A stretch of 47,244 nucleotides of DNA from Folioceros fuciformis (Eukaryota): contig JBNGIO010005797.1 of NCBI GenBank assembly GCA_049999805.1, positions 33,154 to 80,397 on the forward strand. Direction: 5' to 3'. Below the pieces are notes generated by a model. The model was not told the DNA's origin, ran no database searches, and worked only from the letters and a program-made list of their open reading frames with translations. The position numbers and the translations under genes are program-made. Shown in pieces: positions 1 through 12,465 of the stretch. Each line of letters begins with the position of its first letter. Position 1 is the first letter of the stretch.

Positions 1-540
1 GATGGGTTTTCTATCTTGTCTTTCTAAAATAAATAAGAGACCCCTCGAGGTTAAAATGTTAGTAATATATTTATTTTGCACCCTCACGAGGTCCCTATAG
101 CATAAATTTTTGCCCTTGGTTTTACTACCTCATCTTTTGTTTCACAACTTCAACTGTAAACCCTAAATGCAATTTTTGGTTCTTCTTCCTTTTTGAAAAT
201 GAAGTGTGGTGGAGGTTGCTCACCCCCTCCCCTTCCACCGAGGAGATATAAAGTTATTTTAACTGCAAAAATTGGGCGATTCATCTAGCCCTACCCGCAA
301 GCATGGTGGAGGGTCGACGCCCTTTGCCCGGAGGGTGGAATGACCAGCCAAACAATTGGGATTGGAGGAACGGGTACATCGGCTTAGCTTGCATTTTCAA
401 TCTGGGTGTGGCGATTTATTGTCTCACGCACTTTCCTTGTTATGTGCAACAATAGTTTATCTTCGAGGTTAATAGAGTCTAGGCTGACTTTTATCATCCT
501 GTAAGAAGATGTGCAAGTGCATTACCGGTGAAGATGCAAA

Positions 541-1025
541 GTGAGAATCTATGGTCTCTTTGTCATTGATGTCCCTATAGGCTATGACATGAGTACCTTG
601 GACACTAGAATAGATGAAGGCACACTAAGCACTATGCTCGAAAGTTTTGAGAAGAAGACTATGTGCATTGAGTTTTGATTTATTGTGATGCATGGAGTGG
701 ACGCTACCACACTGTTAGAGAGGCTCTACGCAAATATGCCAAGAGAGGGGGTATAGTATCCTTTGTTTGGAACAACTTGCACAAGGAATGAGAGGGCTTT
801 GAGACTATGGAATATGTCATTGTGGCCTGGACATGTAAAGAGAGGAGTGGTAAAGAACATATGTTGATGTTGGTAAGCGCAAAGTAATGGTCCTTTAAGA
901 ATCGGAGGAACTTAGTTGAACGTACCATTAAACACCTCCATAAATACTACACAATGGAGTTTCCTTATTTTGAATACCACCATTAGATTTGTGGTGGAGA
1001 TGTGGTTATCGCATATTCCCACTAG
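541..1025 (+). pseudogene. Possible degraded coding relic of unknown origin (TE or other repeat)
   Basis: Protein-like readings with interspersed stops, e.g. RYHTVREALRKYAKRGGIVSFVWNNLHKE*EGFETMEYVIVAWTCK..K*WSFKNRRNLVERTIKHLHKYY; AT-rich; family not recognised. Confidence 0.25.
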
Positions 1026-3491
1026 GGACCCTATCTATGAGGATGTCTATAATAGAATCTAAGCTATGAGTAAGCCTAAAATAGAATCTAAAGAATATAT
1101 GCTAGAGCTAGATAGATAACATTATGAGATAATGTCTATCCTTATGACATATATATGTATGCATGGGATACCCACTTCTAATTGTACTGCATGTCGGGAC
1201 TCGCTGTTTTCTAACACCAGCATCAGGATGCTAGCACTGGTATGGACCGTGCTGATTGCTCAGCATTCAAAGCAAGGGCTTGGACATATTGCAGTACCTA
1301 GCTGTGTATGTGAGATAACGGAGTACCTAGCGAATGGAGCAGTATGATTTTGCTAACCCTCTTACTTTTGCTTGCCCATCGAAGGCTTGTGCAAGCACTG
1401 GTTCCTCGCAGAGAGGCTGACAAGTCCACTCACAGAATGCATAGGGGACTGCTGGATAAAGTGGTGGTGGGCAGGCCTTTTGAGCGATCCAGGAAGACAT
1501 GTTGAAGTTGGAGTAGGTCAGGGTCACATTTGCACCGTCTGTGGGTTGGAATGAATTGACGGTCACGGAGATGATGACGTTGATTTCGGGCATCACCGCA
1601 GAGTAGTTTCACGAGACTACGACGCTGCTGCCTGTGTCAAAAGGCCCTGAGGGTTTTCTCCGTAACGTATCTCTTTCTATTGCCAACAGATTGGTCGTTC
1701 CATCCTCTGGGTTTCCTTTATGACTGCTGTAGTCAGAGATCCCCAATCCGTCCCCCACCCACTCGAGAGGGCTGGCCTCCAGAGGTTGTGCAACGAAGGA
1801 GGAAGGTCCGTCCTCAAGCACAGCAGCTGTGCTGGAAGCTGGAAGACATGGTAACCACAAACTTTGACCGGATGGACGCAACTGTTGCATTGTAACCACT
1901 GAGCTGGAACCTGCGTATCAGCTTGCTTTCGGTCTACGACTCAATATCAAGGCATGAAATGGCTGACAAGGCCCCTTCGATCCGCGTACCCGGTGGACTG
2001 GACTGACCTTCGATCCCAACTCTGTAACGTGTACGGCTGTCTCTCTTCCCATCGCGAATTGAAAAGGGAGGGGAAAAGCACAAGGGGATTTGCAAGTTGC
2101 AACATTCATACCTTGCTTTCTTTTCCCGGGATGCCAAGCAGGTTGACCTTCCCAAACGTTGTGATGCGAGAAATGTTTACCTGGGCTGCGGTGGACGGAA
2201 TTTTCTTTTCTTTTTCCCCATCAAATCTTTTACATGAAAGCACACCTATTCAGGTAGTAGTGATCCGATTGCATTTTTGTATGGCCTGAGCTTGTCATCC
2301 CACTCGCTCCTGACGACACTCCCATCCAGAAATTAACAAGCTGAGACGACTTGATGTGAAGACAATGTGGGCACGGAATCAGCACCATCGCTTCAAGAGC
2401 CTGAGCAACCTTTGCTGGATGCTCACCAGCCTCCTGAACAGTTTATTTAGCATAATTGATGCAAAGGGTTTAAGAGTACAGACTTGCACGCTTTCATGTA
2501 GTGAAGTTTCTTCTTCTGGTAATTTGCTGAGACTGCAGGAGAAAGTTTTGATGAATCGCCTGTCACTGTATTGGTTCTTAGCTTGAATCTCTGTTGGTTC
2601 AGTGAGAAGGTTTCTTCATCCTCGCACTGCATGGCATGCTTGAAGGCAGTTTGTTCAAAATGGATTTTGAAGTATGAGGGCAAATCAAGACCATTTTTAT
2701 CGTGCTCTTTCTCCTGCCTTGGGTTTGAGACATGGTATGTTTTATCTCGTCTGTAGAGTATGCTACCATCTGTGTGGGTTATCGTGACCTGCCGTTTGGT
2801 CCATCGAAGTGGGTGGTATGGCATTGGCAGATAGTGTTCTATCACGATTTCTACATCTAGTTATGTCACTGATTGCTGGGTGCTTCTCCTTCGTTGTGGA
2901 GCTCGTATGGCAAATGGACATGGACCTGCAAATTGAAGTCAAGAATGTTCAATGAGCTAAAACTCTGTCCCAAGCCACGGCAGACACGGGAGCATGGCAG
3001 TCTTCAAGCGTAAAAGAAAATCTGTGACACTCCCCATGCTAGCAGTACTCTTCAATGCACTCTTGGAGTCTCTTTAATCGTAGAAGCCCTTCATTCAATG
3101 AACATAATACCTTCTTGCAGGAGAGGTACCTAAGGTAAAACCTCCCCAACGCAAGTGGGTTCTACCCTATTTGTAAAGCTCCCCCCTCCCAGTTGTCCTA
3201 CCTGCTATTTGGACTTCCGTATCCATCCAGGAGAGCCTATCCAAAATTTCCAATTCACTCAAAAAATGAACGTGACAAGGGAGACCGATTTGTGAAAGTT
3301 CACAAGGACGTGTTGTAAGAGCTGTGCACTGATTTTTGCAATGGTAGGCCATCATTTATTACTCATGCAGGCCATCATTTTATCACTCATGCTGGCAAAT
3401 CAGAGAGTGAAAAGAAGACTTGTGTTAGGAGGATAAGTAGGGCCTTGAGTTGTTTTGGATAAGAAATGGCATGTTCTTGGAGAATCTGCAT

Positions 3492-3594
3492 GTTCCACCC
3501 AGGTCTATTCTAAGAAGTTCCACCCAGGCCGATTCTAAGAAGTTCCACCCAGGCCGATTCTAAGAAGTTCCACCCAGGCCGATTCTAAGAAGTT
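3492..3594. repeat. Minisatellite, 4 x 25 nt (GTTCCACCCAGGCCGATTCTAAGAA)
   Basis: Copies start at 3492, 3517, 3542 and 3567; the first has 2 substitutions; no spacers. Confidence 0.95.
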
Positions 3595-3840
3595 AGAGTG
3601 GTACCCTAAACTGCACCATGTAGTTTGAATATGTTTAACACAAGATTAAATCTGTGAAAGTAGAGGATAGGCAGATCTCTTTCTTATGCCTTGGTTCAGT
3701 GACCACGATCTCACAGCCCAATAAATCATTTTTCTTAAAAAATATGGCTGCTATTGTTCTTCCTGGATGGGCAGCTCTCAATTCAATAGCTTACCACAAA
3801 AAGATACTATTTTATAACTCATAATAAGTAATGACGCACA

Positions 3841-6309
3841 CTAGTGGTGTTCAGCTTTCCAAGCAAGCTCAACATCTTCACATAGTGGACGCGTCAGCCT
3901 CCACTTGCAAAGGGTGGGATCTCTTGCATCTTCATATAGTACAACCTTTTGATCATCCCCTCCAGTGCATATGTATTTATCATCCTTGGATATAGCTACA
4001 GTGTTAATACATCTGGAATGATCTTTAAATTGCTTGACACAAGGCTTCCCAAGAGATATATCCCAGACGCTAATACTTCCATTTCCGCTGGCCGTAACCA
4101 GTACGTCCTCATTGTGAAACCATTTGGTATCATTCACGCCCTGATCCCCAACATCAACATATCCATAGTATTGACCAGCATTGTCTATGGAGGGCATGGG
4201 CTTGCCATGACTCAAGCGATGCAAAGCTCTGAAGTTTCGAGAACTGGATTGCAATGCAGGAGGTGGCCTACCAATGGGTGTAGGCCCAGGGCTAAATGGC
4301 ATGAACCTTGTATCCCACACCGTAGATGTGTTCCCTGTACATGAGGCTTGAAAGAAAGTACCAGAGTAGGAGAAAGAGGCAGAAGTGACCTCATCCCCTA
4401 CACTTAGTCGGGCTATTCCACCTCCAGTCCTCATGTCAAACAAACCCACAGTCCCGTCTCCCGAGCCGGAGATAATGGTTCTCCCATCAGGGCTCGTCCC
4501 CACCGTGGTGATGAAGGCATCATGTGCAGGAAACGAAAGGACCCGTTCAAGGGCAGTGACGTCCCAAACTTGCACAATAGCGGGCTTTTCTTTTTTCTTG
4601 TTGTCACTGCCGCAAATCAAAGTGTTTTGGCCGCAAAATCCGATGGCGTCCATAGACGGTGCATCTTGTCGGGGAAGCACAAGCTCTGCTGCATTCAGGT
4701 GAGCTACTAGGTCCCCTGAAAGCACATTCCAAAGCAGCAGCTTGTCATCACCAGGCCCGCCGCTCGTGGCAACAATGCACGAATTCTCCGGTGCAACAGC
4801 GAGGGCAAGAATTTTGTCATGGTGTTCAGGACTGGCGGCGTCCCCGGGTCGAGGCCCCATGGTATGCAGACAGTCCCCTGTGTGCGGGTCCCAAACCTTC
4901 ACCAAATTGGTTGCGCACGAGACTATCCTTTCTCCGCCGAAGGCGAACTCCACAGTTTGGATCTGGCTGTTATGGCCCTCCAGCTCCGTCGCCCGCCCAG
5001 TATTCAGATCGTAAAGGAGAAGCTCGTGGGGAGCTTCATTGCAGCTGCAAACAAGCTGAGGGCGGCCGCGCGGGTGAAACCTCACGTCCAGCACCTTCTG
5101 GACAGCTTGTTCCACTCTCTGCAACGGCAGAACCACGGCCCCGCTGGAGGTGTAAGCGCACCAGGTTGCGCACCAGGAAGAGAAATCTCTTTGCTTCAGG
5201 AAAGCGCCCATGCCTGTCCTGCGGCAGACCCGAGAGTCCCATCCCTGCACGAAGCACTTCCAATTCCATCCGACTCTACCGGTTCGCACCGGGTAGTGGG
5301 CACCAGTGGAATTGGAGCCCATCTCCCGGGCCTGAACACATCGTAAGACGTTAGCCCGCTCCATCGCATTCGCCCCTTTCTTGTTGGGCAGGACAGGGTT
5401 GGCTTCACTAGAACCCCAAGCGCGGACAGGCCTCCCTGTTGTGCCCATCGGGGTCATTCCAATCCTACACTCCTCTCCATCGGAAGCCTCCGACCCAGAA
5501 TCCTCAGCTTTCAGTCTCCTGATGATAGCTTTGAGCCTAGTTTGAAGCTCATCCAAGAGCTCCAATTTGCGAGCAGCGATCGCTCTAGTGTCCACAACAG
5601 CACGACTCCCTTCTGAATTCCTTTCTGGCTCCTGAGAAGCTGAAACATCTCCTTTTCTACCTTTGACATTCCCACGAAGAGAGTAGGTCTTCAAGGTTTC
5701 CCTTCCAACAATTCCATCATCCATGGCAACCGCAATTGGTGATGCTTCCCGGTCTGCGGAAATGGAGCCAAGCCTTCGCTCGTTTGACTTCGTGCCTAGT
5801 AGGCGATGGTGGATCTTCTGAATGTAGCTCACAACAAACGGCCGTTTATTTTCCAAATCCACTGCAGCAGCTGTCACCGGATGCTTACCCAACCACTCGA
5901 ATATTTCCTTGGACTTGACCACATCCCGCTGCCCTAGGCTCCTCAACCACACGTACACCGGCCTCCATTTTGAAGAAATGGGCTTGGATCCTGTGCTTTT
6001 GCTCGAACTCCCTACCCACAACCCATCACCATCCTCATCCCTGGTCTCGTCTCTGGCCTCATCCCTGGTTGCAGCTCCAGCCAAAATGAGCCTATGCTGC
6101 GATTGCAAATATCCAACCACATGATCTGTTGTAGCTTCAATAATCTCCCGGGCAAGATCAGCTGCACTATCATTCAACCATCGCTCAATCTGCTCACGAC
6201 TTACAACCTCCTCCGAGGAAATGGTTTGCAGCCACTCCTCAGCACGAGCCCACCCAATGAGCTCCCTCTCTCGCTTCCGCCCCAAGGGCGAAGAGGACGG
6301 TCTGACCAT
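3841..6309 (-). CDS. Intronless WD40-repeat protein with DWD/WDxR-type motifs and a duplicated N-terminal domain (~822 aa)
   Basis: Uninterrupted ORF; first in-frame ATG at 6309 (MVRPSS). WD repeats such as EGHNSQIQTVEF..VKVWD, AHDAFITTV..SGSGDGTVGLFDMR and DHSRCINTVAIS..TGGDDQKVVLYE. FDMR and WDTR resemble the DDB1-binding WDxR motif. Confidence 0.9.
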   Translation of the reverse strand: MVRPSSSPLGRKRERELIGWARAEEWLQTISSEEVVSREQIERWLNDSAADLAREIIEATTDHVVGYLQSQHRLILAGAATRDEARDETRDEDGDGLWVGSSSKSTGSKPISSKWRPVYVWLRSLGQRDVVKSKEIFEWLGKHPVTAAAVDLENKRPFVVSYIQKIHHRLLGTKSNERRLGSISADREASPIAVAMDDGIVGRETLKTYSLRGNVKGRKGDVSASQEPERNSEGSRAVVDTRAIAARKLELLDELQTRLKAIIRRLKAEDSGSEASDGEECRIGMTPMGTTGRPVRAWGSSEANPVLPNKKGANAMERANVLRCVQAREMGSNSTGAHYPVRTGRVGWNWKCFVQGWDSRVCRRTGMGAFLKQRDFSSWCATWCAYTSSGAVVLPLQRVEQAVQKVLDVRFHPRGRPQLVCSCNEAPHELLLYDLNTGRATELEGHNSQIQTVEFAFGGERIVSCATNLVKVWDPHTGDCLHTMGPRPGDAASPEHHDKILALAVAPENSCIVATSGGPGDDKLLLWNVLSGDLVAHLNAAELVLPRQDAPSMDAIGFCGQNTLICGSDNKKKEKPAIVQVWDVTALERVLSFPAHDAFITTVGTSPDGRTIISGSGDGTVGLFDMRTGGGIARLSVGDEVTSASFSYSGTFFQASCTGNTSTVWDTRFMPFSPGPTPIGRPPPALQSSSRNFRALHRLSHGKPMPSIDNAGQYYGYVDVGDQGVNDTKWFHNEDVLVTASGNGSISVWDISLGKPCVKQFKDHSRCINTVAISKDDKYICTGGDDQKVVLYEDARDPTLCKWRLTRPLCEDVELAWKAEHH

Positions 6310-6939
6310 AACCTTGTTCAAAGCCGAAAAAAGCTAGCTACCAAGTCTTCCAGGCATTACCATCCAACACCACCTTTTCCCATCCAATATTATCCAGCTC
6401 TCATGTCGTTCCCTCCTCTTCTTCACATTCAAAAAATCATAACAGCCTTCCACTTCATAACCAACCTCATAACTTACAAAGTTACCAGCATGTTCCACTC
6501 CCTTCCGGCATGTTCCACTCCTTTCGTCTGAGTCCCCAATTCGTTTCGTCTCCCTTCCCTTCCTCCAAACTCCGTATCAGTCTACCCAGCACCAGGAGGC
6601 GTTTGGAAATATAAACTACTCCTCAGCGCCTTCTCATTTGTTACGAACTGGGAAGGAAGATGAGACAGATGGGATAGAGGAAATGCGCCATCAAGTAGGG
6701 GAAGACTCGCAAAGAGTGGTGAGTCACTCTGCCTTAGCGGAATGTGGTGTAGCAGAGGCAGCTGAGGGCACCACGCAACATCATCATCCTATTCCATTCT
6801 TTTCGGCCATGAGGCCCGTTGCCTAATAAGTAGCACCCTCGGGAGCCACCAACCCTAGAGAGAGGTTTGCCCTAAGTTTTCGACTTATCTCCCCTCCCTC
6901 TTCCCTCGTCGCCCACTCAACTCCTCACGGAAGGGAAAC

Positions 6940-7128
6940 ATGGCGTGGGCATTCAGGAGGCTCCCACTGAGGACAAGGAACTTCATTGTGGCGGGAGGCT
7001 TGACGGTGTTCATATCTGGGGTGTATATATACACCATGCGAGCTGTAGGAGGCCATGATGAGCTGGATGTGGCCATAACCAATTTTGACAAGGAGAAGGC
7101 CCTCAAATCGGAGAGCGGAGCTTCATAA
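6940..7128 (+). CDS. COA3: Small single-TM protein, cytochrome c oxidase assembly factor 3 (COA3/CCDC56)-like, 62 aa
   Basis: RTRNFIVAGGLTVFISGVYIYTMRAVGGHDEL matches the plant family pattern NxxVAGGLxxFVxGVYxYTMRAVGGxDEL (recognised from memory). Confidence 0.8.
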   Translation: MAWAFRRLPLRTRNFIVAGGLTVFISGVYIYTMRAVGGHDELDVAITNFDKEKALKSESGAS

Positions 7129-7265
7129 CCGCCGTTGGGATGTTGCAAGCCGATGTGTTCTTTTCTAGATGGAGAGGACCCCAGTTAATGAGCAGGACTT
7201 TCAAGCTTGGCTTCGAAGGATATGGAGCTGTTGGTACAATATGTCCACTAGATAGCTGGTTAGCT

Positions 7266-7384
7266 TGAGGAACGTGGAGTTTGCTCGTTTTGAGGAACGT
7301 GGAGCTTGTTGGCTTTGATGAACGTGGAGCTTGTTGGCTATATGGAACGTGACACCTGTGCGCCTTTGGTGAGCGTGGAGCTGT
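7266..7384. repeat. Degenerate 25-nt tandem repeat (TGAGGAACGTGGAGCTTGTTGGCTT, ~4.5 copies) just downstream of the COA3-like CDS
   Basis: Copies at 7266, 7291, 7316, 7341 and ~7367 with progressive divergence. Confidence 0.8.
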
Positions 7385-7825
7385 AGATTCAGGATGTTCT
7401 CTTAGAATGCACAACCGATGTTCTGATCGTAGCCACGGTAGAACATGCTGCAATCGATGCTGTCTGTTGCCGGTTTGGCAAAAAGAGAGATGTGTTGAAT
7501 ATTGTAACGTGCAACGCAAATCCATCTGTGCTAAATGACAGATATGTTCACAAGTCAAGTCCTTTTACAACGCTGGGAAGGCGCACAAGGCTCTCCTTAG
7601 GTGTGTTGCAGATGCTTCAAAGAATGTTGGTAGGAATGTTGGTAAGAATGCTTCTTTTTCCTTCCATATATTTGCGCAGGGTACTTCTACTCTACTAATG
7701 CTCCCCAAACGCTCGGAGTCAATAGAATGAATATGGCATGTTCGGGCAAAAACAAAGATGTACACTTTTCTGCACACGTCTCTCATGTACAACAAATCAC
7801 AAAGATCTTCAATTCCCATCTAGAT

Positions 7826-9310
7826 CTACTTCAGCAACTGGAGAATGATGCAACATGAAGTCCAAACGGCCATCAAGGCAGCCCTTACGACGAAGGNNNN
7901 NNNNNNNNNNNNNNNNNNNNNNNNNNNNNNNNNNNNNNNNNNNNNNNNNNNNNNNNNNNNNNNNNNNNNNNNNNNNNNNNNNNNNNNNNNNNNNNNGCGC
8001 CCCACGAAGCAGCTGTATACATGAACTTGCCGTAGTCCCACAGCTTTCGCAACTTTCCCTTCTTTTCAAGTTGTGTGAAAGCTACGCTAATCGCTGCCAC
8101 ATTAATTGCATCACAAAACAATTAAAGACTACAAACACGACTCTTGCTGTTCGCACAACAGATGTGCAAACAAAGAGACATTACCTTCCTGCAACTCCTT
8201 GGGTGCCATTTTCTGTGAACAAAATCAGGTTTGGTAAGCACATTGAAAGCCAAGATAAACCTGTGCCAGGCAGTGAAGAGGTAAAAGCAGCCTCCTGTCC
8301 AATGCGTGAGTCAATCACACACCTTGGCCTGCGGTACCGTAGATATATATTTTGCCATGAAGCATGCAATAGCCTCTACGATGTCGTCTTGAGAGACCAC
8401 AACATAGCCATCAGACCCAAGCTCATCCCTTTCTTCCCTCACCTCAATCTTTGAAAAGTCATTTTCCGAGATCATAAACCAGGAGCCTGCATCTCCTGCA
8501 GGCACGTCTCTATCAGAGTCTATGACGATCCTTCATGTTCTAGAAGAGAACTTCAAGAGGCAGAATCCTTCATGAAGGTGAAAATCTGTAATACCAGTTA
8601 AAGCTCCCCACCTTCAGACTTGCCCACCGCCTTCTGATCTGATGAGTCAGTCTGGCCTGCCGCATCTGTGGGTGTGGGAGAGCCTCCGAGCTTCTCGAGA
8701 AAAAGAGGAGATTCCAACTTCCTCTTCAATGCGTCATAGAACTACGCACGAGAAAAAGCTGATTCAACACTGAACCTAATCATACTAATGAATTGCCCAT
8801 GCCATTCTCCGGCCAAATGATACCCACCGCTTTGCAACCTTCTGCTGCAACCACTGATTTGGAAGAGCTGCCTGATGAGCCCACCGACACCTACAAGAAT
8901 GCCCAACGATCATGCCCTGCAAAATGCTTCAAAATCACAAAGACTTCAAACTGCCCCAAACCCCTGCGAACATGACAGCGCAACTCCAAAACACCATTCC
9001 CGACCCCCAAACCCAGGACCCCATGAAAAATCGGCATAACAAAATTCACCTGCTGAGTACCCAGCACCTCCTCCTTCCCATCTCGAACCTGCAGAGTTTC
9101 CAAAGCCTTCTGATACTCCTCAATTGTAGCCTTGAGCCTCTCGTTCTCCAGCCTGGTCTTAGCCAAAGCCCCCTCGGTAGCCACGAACTCCTGCTCCCGG
9201 GCAACTACAGCTGCGGAATGCTCATGATGGCGCTCCAAGGCAGCCCAAGCGTGATCGGCCACCTCCGCCACGGCCACGGCCACATGAAGGCCGCCGTGCG
9301 GCACCACCAT
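7826..9310 (-). CDS. Multi-exon conserved green-plant protein of unknown function (His-containing N-terminus, coiled coil, hydrophobic C-terminus); interrupted by an assembly gap
   Basis: Spliced reading MVVPHGGLHVAVAVAEVADHAWAALERHH..LENERLK / VSVGSSG..GCKA / FYDALKRKLESPLFLEKL / ..DGYVVVSQDDIVEAIACFMAKYISTVPQAK / KMAPKELQE / AISVAFTQLEKKGKLRKLWDYGKFMYTAASWG [gap] FVVRAALMAVWTSCCIILQLLK*, with GT-AG boundaries. Confidence 0.8.
7897..7996. other. Assembly gap (100 N)
   Basis: Run of N. Confidence 1.
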
Positions 9311-9880
9311 GGCTTCAAAATCTCCTGCAAACCAGAATTCCACACAGCTTTTCAATCACCGTGTCTCCATGCACCGATCCTCGATTTTCCCCTCACCCAC
9401 CCGAACAGACAGCTCGGAACAGTAAGGGACAGGACCTCAACAACAGTGGCGTAATTTCATGCAGGCTACAGCTTTCCTCCACAAATCTTCAAACGTAGGC
9501 ACCCACTTGTTTGGCTTACGACGAAGAGGTGGCAAGCCTGACCAGATTCTGCCCATAAAGCCTCGGTCGACCTTTTCGTGACGGTTGCTCCAATTAGCAG
9601 GAAGGCGCCGTATGTAGGTAGCTTTTGTTTCCATATATGTACGGAAGGCTACGGGTTGTCAGCCCCGAGGGCTCGAAGGTATAATCTCTAGGGTAGGTCT
9701 GTACTACTTTTAACTACCATAGATACAACTTTTCTCGTAGACATGCAATGTTCGGGGAGGTGACAGTATACGTTTTGATCCAGGAGGCCGACATCGTTCT
9801 CTCAGCATGATGGCAGTAAGAGATCATGGTTTTTGCTAATTCTTGCGGAGCCAAGAGCTGACACAGAGTCGGGAGTTACG

Positions 9881-12160
9881 ATGACGAGAGAGGGAGCCAT
9901 CGAGCTTAATGAGCATGTCATGTCGAGTATGTGTATGGGCCAAGTCTTCAAGGATTACGTAAGTTCTCATCCGGGCCTCGTGTCTGATGTTGGTGGTGCT
10001 GTTTGGTGCGGGCCAAATCTGAAACGTAAGGTCTCATCCTGGCCACTATACTGTCTGGCATTTGTTGTGCTGTTGGGTCTGATAATTTGGTGTGTGCCCT
10101 GGCGGAGGGGTATTTGGTGGCTTCGCTTGGATTAGGTCTGCTAGCCTACACCATTCACAAACTCAGAAGTGTGTTAGGGTGCTGCCGACACATTCACGAT
10201 TGCTTCCGTGCTTCCGAGAATTCGGTTGACCTGCTTTCGTTTGCAGGAAGGCAAGATCAATTCGCTGGATTTCCACCGGACTGAAGACCTTCTGGTCACA
10301 GGTAGCGAGGATGAGTCTATAAGACTGTACAGCACCACAACTGGCACGTGAGTTTGCGATTTCAAGCCCATTGCTCGTATGATAGGTCACTTACGTTTCA
10401 GGTTCTTCTTTGTTTAGCATCTCTTCATCAATATGTTGGATTCCACAGGCTTCTGAAGACAATACATAGCAAAAAGTATGGAGTTGACCAAATTGTGTTC
10501 ACGCATCATAAGGATGCTGTGATCTATTCCTCAAAGAATTCTTGGGATGGTAGGCACGGCACGGGAGTAGGGGGAAAATGACGAACCTTGTGAGCATGTG
10601 TCGTCTCCAGGTTCGCAAATGAGTGTGACTTGATTGGTGTTGCATTTCTACTTGCAGAATCTCTGCGATACCTGTCCTTGTTTGACAACCGCTATCTGCG
10701 CTACTTCAAAGGACATCGAGATAGGTCAGTGACATGCTCCTTTCCTCTTTCATTCTATGTAGCACCTGGTTTCTTCGAGCTACCAGCAGGCCAATGTTGA
10801 TGAGCTGTATGGTGTCAAGGTTCAAACTTGAAGCATTCTCACAGGCCCTTCATCTTTCAGGGTTGTGTCCTTGGCAATGTCGCCAAAGAACGATGCTTTC
10901 ATGTCTGGTTCGCTGGATCATACAGTCAGGATCTGGGATGCTCGATTTTCTCTGTGCCAGGTCTATCTCCACTCCCTTTTGCTAACTCCAAGTTCGAAGG
11001 TTCAAGCAACTGCTGCTTGGCCACTTAGTTCCAGTGTAGGTCAGTGATGTGTTATGTCTTTCTGTGAACACTGACGGAATGGTGGACGTGCCCTCTGGCT
11101 GTGCAGGGCCTCATACGTGTGCGTGGCAGACCATCTGTGGCATACGACCAGCAAGGTCTCGTGTTTGCAGTTGCCTTGGAGGGTGGCGCTGTCAAACTTT
11201 TTGATGTACGGTCATTTGAGAAGGTAGTCTGACGTTGTTCCATGCAGTAGCAGTCAGCCATGCCTTACAAGGAACACGCTCAGCTCTGATTCTTGGGCTT
11301 CCTCACCTTTACAGGGCCCTTTCGACTCATTCTTCGTGGGCGGTGACACTGCTGAGATTTGTAGCATGAAGTTCAGCAACGACGGAAAGCTCATGCTTCT
11401 ATCAGCAAGTGGGGGCCACGTGTATCTGCTTGATGCATACTCAGGCAAGAAGGTATGCTCCGTTTCCTTGTAGACCAGACCATACGGTGATTCAGTTGTT
11501 TCTTTCGGCAAATGCACCTTGAACGGGGCCAGCCCATTCGTCTTGATCTGGTAGACCTTCCCCAAGCTGTTGTGGAACAAGGTTACATAAGTTCATGGTG
11601 AATTTGGACCTTCGTTTTGCTTCCATTTCATAGCTGCATGGCTTCACCTTGGAGCCCAATCGGGAGGGAGAACCGTTAGAAGCTTCTTTCAGTCCCGATG
11701 CCAAGTTTGTCTTGTCAGGTACGAAACCTCGTTGTCTCCAAAAATCCAGAGCTTCGTTCATTCGACATGGCTGGTCTGTTTTGTCATATGCACATTTTGG
11801 CACGGGTATTGGGGTTGCTAATTTGGTGTAAGAACTTACTAGAGCTGGTGTGATACAGGCTCTGGCGACGGCAGCCTCCGTGTCTGGAGCACGTCTACTG
11901 GGGCGCAGGTAGCAACATTTCTCCATCTGCACGTTCTGTCGTTGAAACCACGTGTCCGTTGATACAACACAGGGTGTACTCCTTCATTTGCGCAGGTGGA
12001 ATGCTGGACGAATTTAGGGGGCGTGCCTGCGGCAGTGAAGTGGTCACCACGACGGTTGATGTTCGCTACAGCATCGAGTGTTCTTGCCTTTTGGATCCCC
12101 GACGGGGACAAACTACATGCACATCCGCAAAGTAATGGCATCATGGCACCTGGACACTAG
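9881..12160 (+). CDS. WDR82: WDR82/SWD2-like COMPASS subunit (plant APRF1/S2L type), multi-exon
   Basis: Spliced: MTREGAIELNEHVMSSMCMGQVFKDY/EGKINSLDFHRTEDLLVTGSEDESIRLY/LLKTIHSKKYGVDQIVFTHH/ESLRYLSLFDNRYLRYFKGHRDR/VVSLAMSP..DHTVRIWD/..KLFDVRSFEK/GPFDSF../..VKWSPRRLMFATASSVLAFWIP..GH*. All introns GT-AG. Confidence 0.93.
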
Positions 12161-12465
12161 ACTGTTGAGGGACAAGTTATATCCGAATTGTTGTGTACTG
12201 CATTTAGTTGTTCTATCTCGACTGTAAAGTAGACATTCTTTTCTCTAGTTGGAGAGGGTAGGTGAAAGTCCTTACAGCCGTCTAGGAATTATCATGACGA
12301 AAAATGAGATATAGTGGGACATAAGAAAAATGTGGACTACGTTCTCAATATACATTTGCTGACCAAATACGATCATTGCCTCCCAACTGAAAGTGAAACT
12401 GAACTTACGGCTTTGTTCCAAGAGGAGATACAAAGGCGTCCGATGCTTCAGAATTGTGAAGCTTC

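Noticed and set aside
2340-3130. Minus-strand ORF 2447-2845 and neighbouring possible exons
   Set aside because: No coherent spliced protein or recognisable motif could be built.
3492-3594. CRISPR-like array (also 17117-17220 and 36833-37055)
   Set aside because: Contiguous tandem units or low-complexity spacers, eukaryotic context, no cas genes.
8521-8625. Possible GC-AG intron in the uncharacterised gene
   Set aside because: A nearby canonical GT donor (TCTGAAG|GTGGGG) gives the same phase, so a GC donor is not required.
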